Source: Obrimoposthia wandeli
Lineage: Eukaryota
Reading direction: 5' to 3'
DNA length: 64,000 nt
Assembly: GCA_977020255.1 (NCBI GenBank)
Contig: CDROCS010000882.1
Coordinates: 1 to 64,000 of the forward strand
Below are positions 61,754-64,000 of this stretch, one piece after another. The notes under the pieces were generated by a model. That model saw nothing but the letters and a program-made list of their open reading frames with translations. It made no database searches and was not told the origin of the DNA. The translations under genes and the position numbers were made by a program. The stretch's first letter is position 1. Each line of letters starts with the position of its first letter.

Positions 61754-63735
61754 ATGACGTTTTCTGATATCTCGTTTAAAAACAAAATTTTTATATTACT
61801 CGCATTACCACTACTGGGATTTTTGTGGCTCAGTATTCTCACCATAAAGCAAAACTACACCGTTAATCAGGAAATGGAAAACCTCGCCCACTCACTCGTT
61901 TTCAATCACCTACGGTGAATTAGTACATGAACTACAGAAGGAGCGTGGAACTACTGCAGGGTTTTTAGGTTCTAAAGGCAAAGAATTCGACAGTGAGTTA
62001 AGTAGACAGCGTCTTGCTACGGACACAAAAATAAATACCCGCAATGATTTTTTAGCGACTAACCATTTTGAAGAAAAGTTAATTATTAATTTAAATCAAA
62101 ATCTTGCTGCAGACCTAAGCATTTAGATACTATACGCTCACAGGTGAACAACTTGAGCATTGATAGTGCAAAAGCTTACTGCTAAGTCATAAGCAGCAAT
62201 ATAAACGCTAAATTACTTTCTGTTTCGACTTTGATAGCAGAGTTGAGTAGAGACGCCAATATAACCAAACAAACCATCGCTTATTATAACTTCCTCCAAG
62301 GTAAAGAGAGAGCTGGAATTGAACGCGCTGTGTTAAGTAGTACCTTTTCGCTAGATGAATTCAAAAGCGGTGGCAAGTCTGTTAAATTTATTGGCTTGAC
62401 ACAGCAAATACCTATATGGCTAATTTTTTAGCATTTACGACGCCTGAAAATATCGAATATTATAAAGAGGAAATGGCTCACCCAGCAGTTAAAGAAGTCA
62501 TGAAACTTCGTGAGATAGCAGAAAGTAATACCGCGAACTTTAATGTTGATGCCATACACTGGTTTAAACAAGCAACACTGAGAATAGGTCAGTTAAAGAA
62601 GGTTGAAAGCCGTATCAGTCATTTACTTTCATTGGCACAAAGCTCTCATGCTAAGGCATCTAATACTTTATTACTCGATGTTGCCTTGACAATTATTGTC
62701 GTAATGTTGGTAATTTTCATTACTATTGTGTCGATTAGAGACTTAACTTCATTGCAAAAAGAATTGACTCCATAAGTTATGGGCTGGAATAGAGAGCAAA
62801 ATGACTTAATTGCAAGAACAAAGTTATTAGGCAGCAGTGAGCTTGGTCAAATATCTATCGCGCTCAACCTGACTTTAGAGCAGTTTTCTAAAACTATTCA
62901 AGAAATTTCCACTTCAAGTTTGACCCTTTCTGCGGCTGCTGAAGAAACGTCGACCACGTGTGAATATAACGCTCAAACATTAACAGATCAGCAAGAAGAA
63001 ATTGGTGTTATCGCGGCCGCTGTAGAAGAGTTGTCGGCCACAGTGAAAGAAGTGGCAACAAACACACAATTAACATCAGACTCTGCTAAAGAGGCTGATG
63101 TGCAAGCTCAAAATGGCCTTAAGGTTGTGCAAACGTCTTATCACTCCATTGAAGTGTTGTCGCAAGAAATTGATAGCTTAGCTCAGCAAATTAATAATTT
63201 ACACAAAAGTAGTGGTGATATTACTAAAGTGGTTGACGTTATTAAGTCTGTCGCCGAGCAAACTAATTTATTAGCACTTAATGCGGCTATTGAAGCAGCA
63301 AGAGCTGGCGAACAAGGACGTGGTTTTGCAGTAGTTGCAGATGAAGTCAGAACATTAGCGCAGCGCACACAACAATCTACTTCTGAGATTGAATCGTTTA
63401 TTAGCTCTTTACAAACCGATGTCAATGCAGCCCATCAAGTTATTGAAGACAGTCAAAAGAAAGCCAATGACGCAGTTGATAACTCGAAAAATGTTGAGCA
63501 TACCCTAAGAGAAATCACAGTGGCTATTAGCCATATTTTTTCAATGACGGAGCAGGTTGCTACCGCCATTGAAGAGCAATCGATAGTGACGCAAGACGTT
63601 GCGCAAAATATTGTTAGTATTGAACATAAATCGACTGAAACAGCCACGGGTGCTACGCAAATAGCAGCAACAGCGAAAGAGCAAGCCTATCTTGCAACGT
63701 CAATGCAAGATTTAGCTAATAGGTTTATCGTTTAA
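61754..63735 (+). pseudogene. NIT (nitrate/nitrite-sensing) domain methyl-accepting chemotaxis protein, fragmented
   Basis: ATG 61754 with TM1; NIT motifs LVHELQKERG and FLQGKERAGIERA in different frames; TM2; in-frame TAA at 62773 in the HAMP region; intact signalling domain IAEQ-type motif [34 protein letters not shown]. Confidence 0.85.
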
Positions 63736-63749
63736 AGCCAATGTTGAGA

Positions 63750-64000
63750 GTGAGTAATAAAAATAAACTGATAGTAAGCTTTGTAACTCTCTTACTTATC
63801 GGTTTGATAGCGTCAACAACCGTTGCTTATTTGCATGTAAAATCAGGGTTAGAAGTGGCAATTCAAGGTGAATTGCAACTTAAAGCGAAATTTGTTGCTG
63901 CGGAACTAAATCACTGGACTAAAGGAACAATAGAGCAAGTTGATCATTTTGCATTACACCTTGAATTTTTAGATGATGACTTCCAACAACAGCCTAATGT
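63750..64000 (+). CDS. Membrane-anchored sensor (Cache-type periplasmic domain likely), 5' part; runs off the window end
   Basis: Open frame from GTG 63750 (ATG 63741 in frame): MSNKNKLIVSFVTLLLIGLIASTTVAYLHV...AELNHW. Confidence 0.6.
   Translation, partial: MSNKNKLIVSFVTLLLIGLIASTTVAYLHVKSGLEVAIQGELQLKAKFVAAELNHWTKGTIEQVDHFALHLEFLDDDFQQQPN

Noticed and set aside
1070-63647. Short antisense or alternate-frame ORFs inside long genes (e.g. 1070..1327, 24047..24358, 55898..56170, 57224..57562, 63183..63425)
   Set aside because: They are shadow ORFs overlapping well-supported genes and have no recognisable motifs.
1-64000. rRNA, tRNA, integron attC arrays, prophage, transposase or integrase genes
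   Set aside because: No supporting motifs or ORFs were found by eye. A tRNAscan, Infernal or IntegronFinder run would be needed to exclude them formally.

Overview
A 64-kb AT-rich chromosomal segment from a marine Alteromonadales-type gammaproteobacterium. The gene content suggests Colwellia or a relative, but that is an inference. Housekeeping and envelope genes include tesA (partial), ybbA/ybbP, an AI-2E transporter, fdhD, mgsA, ybaK, pqiABC, an OmpA protein, efpL/yeiP, ggt, nemA with a TetR regulator, a trmK-like methyltransferase and an alanine/glycine symporter. Starch genes sit in two clusters: a PEP-CTERM protein with a multidomain pullulanase, and a GH13 lipoprotein with a GH31 glucosidase. 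Both clusters have the same operator-like palindrome about 110 bp upstream. There is also a czcBA-czcD metal-efflux cluster. No rRNA, tRNA, CRISPR array, transposase or integrase was found. The main non-coding signal is an ERIC-like, TA-flanked MITE family with 5 long copies, a 52-bp mini copy and solo terminal repeats. Three copies carry stackable TGCA-bounded sub-modules that share a CA(N)GGATG hairpin, and one copy splits czcD with an exact TA duplication. A second ~205-bp ERIC-like family is present, and one of its copies contains a perfect 36-bp palindrome. A RloC-like zinc-hook ABC-ATPase bracketed by related hairpins and a NIT-domain chemoreceptor behind a consensus FNR box each carry several frameshifts or stops. 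Without reads I cannot tell real decay from local consensus errors.
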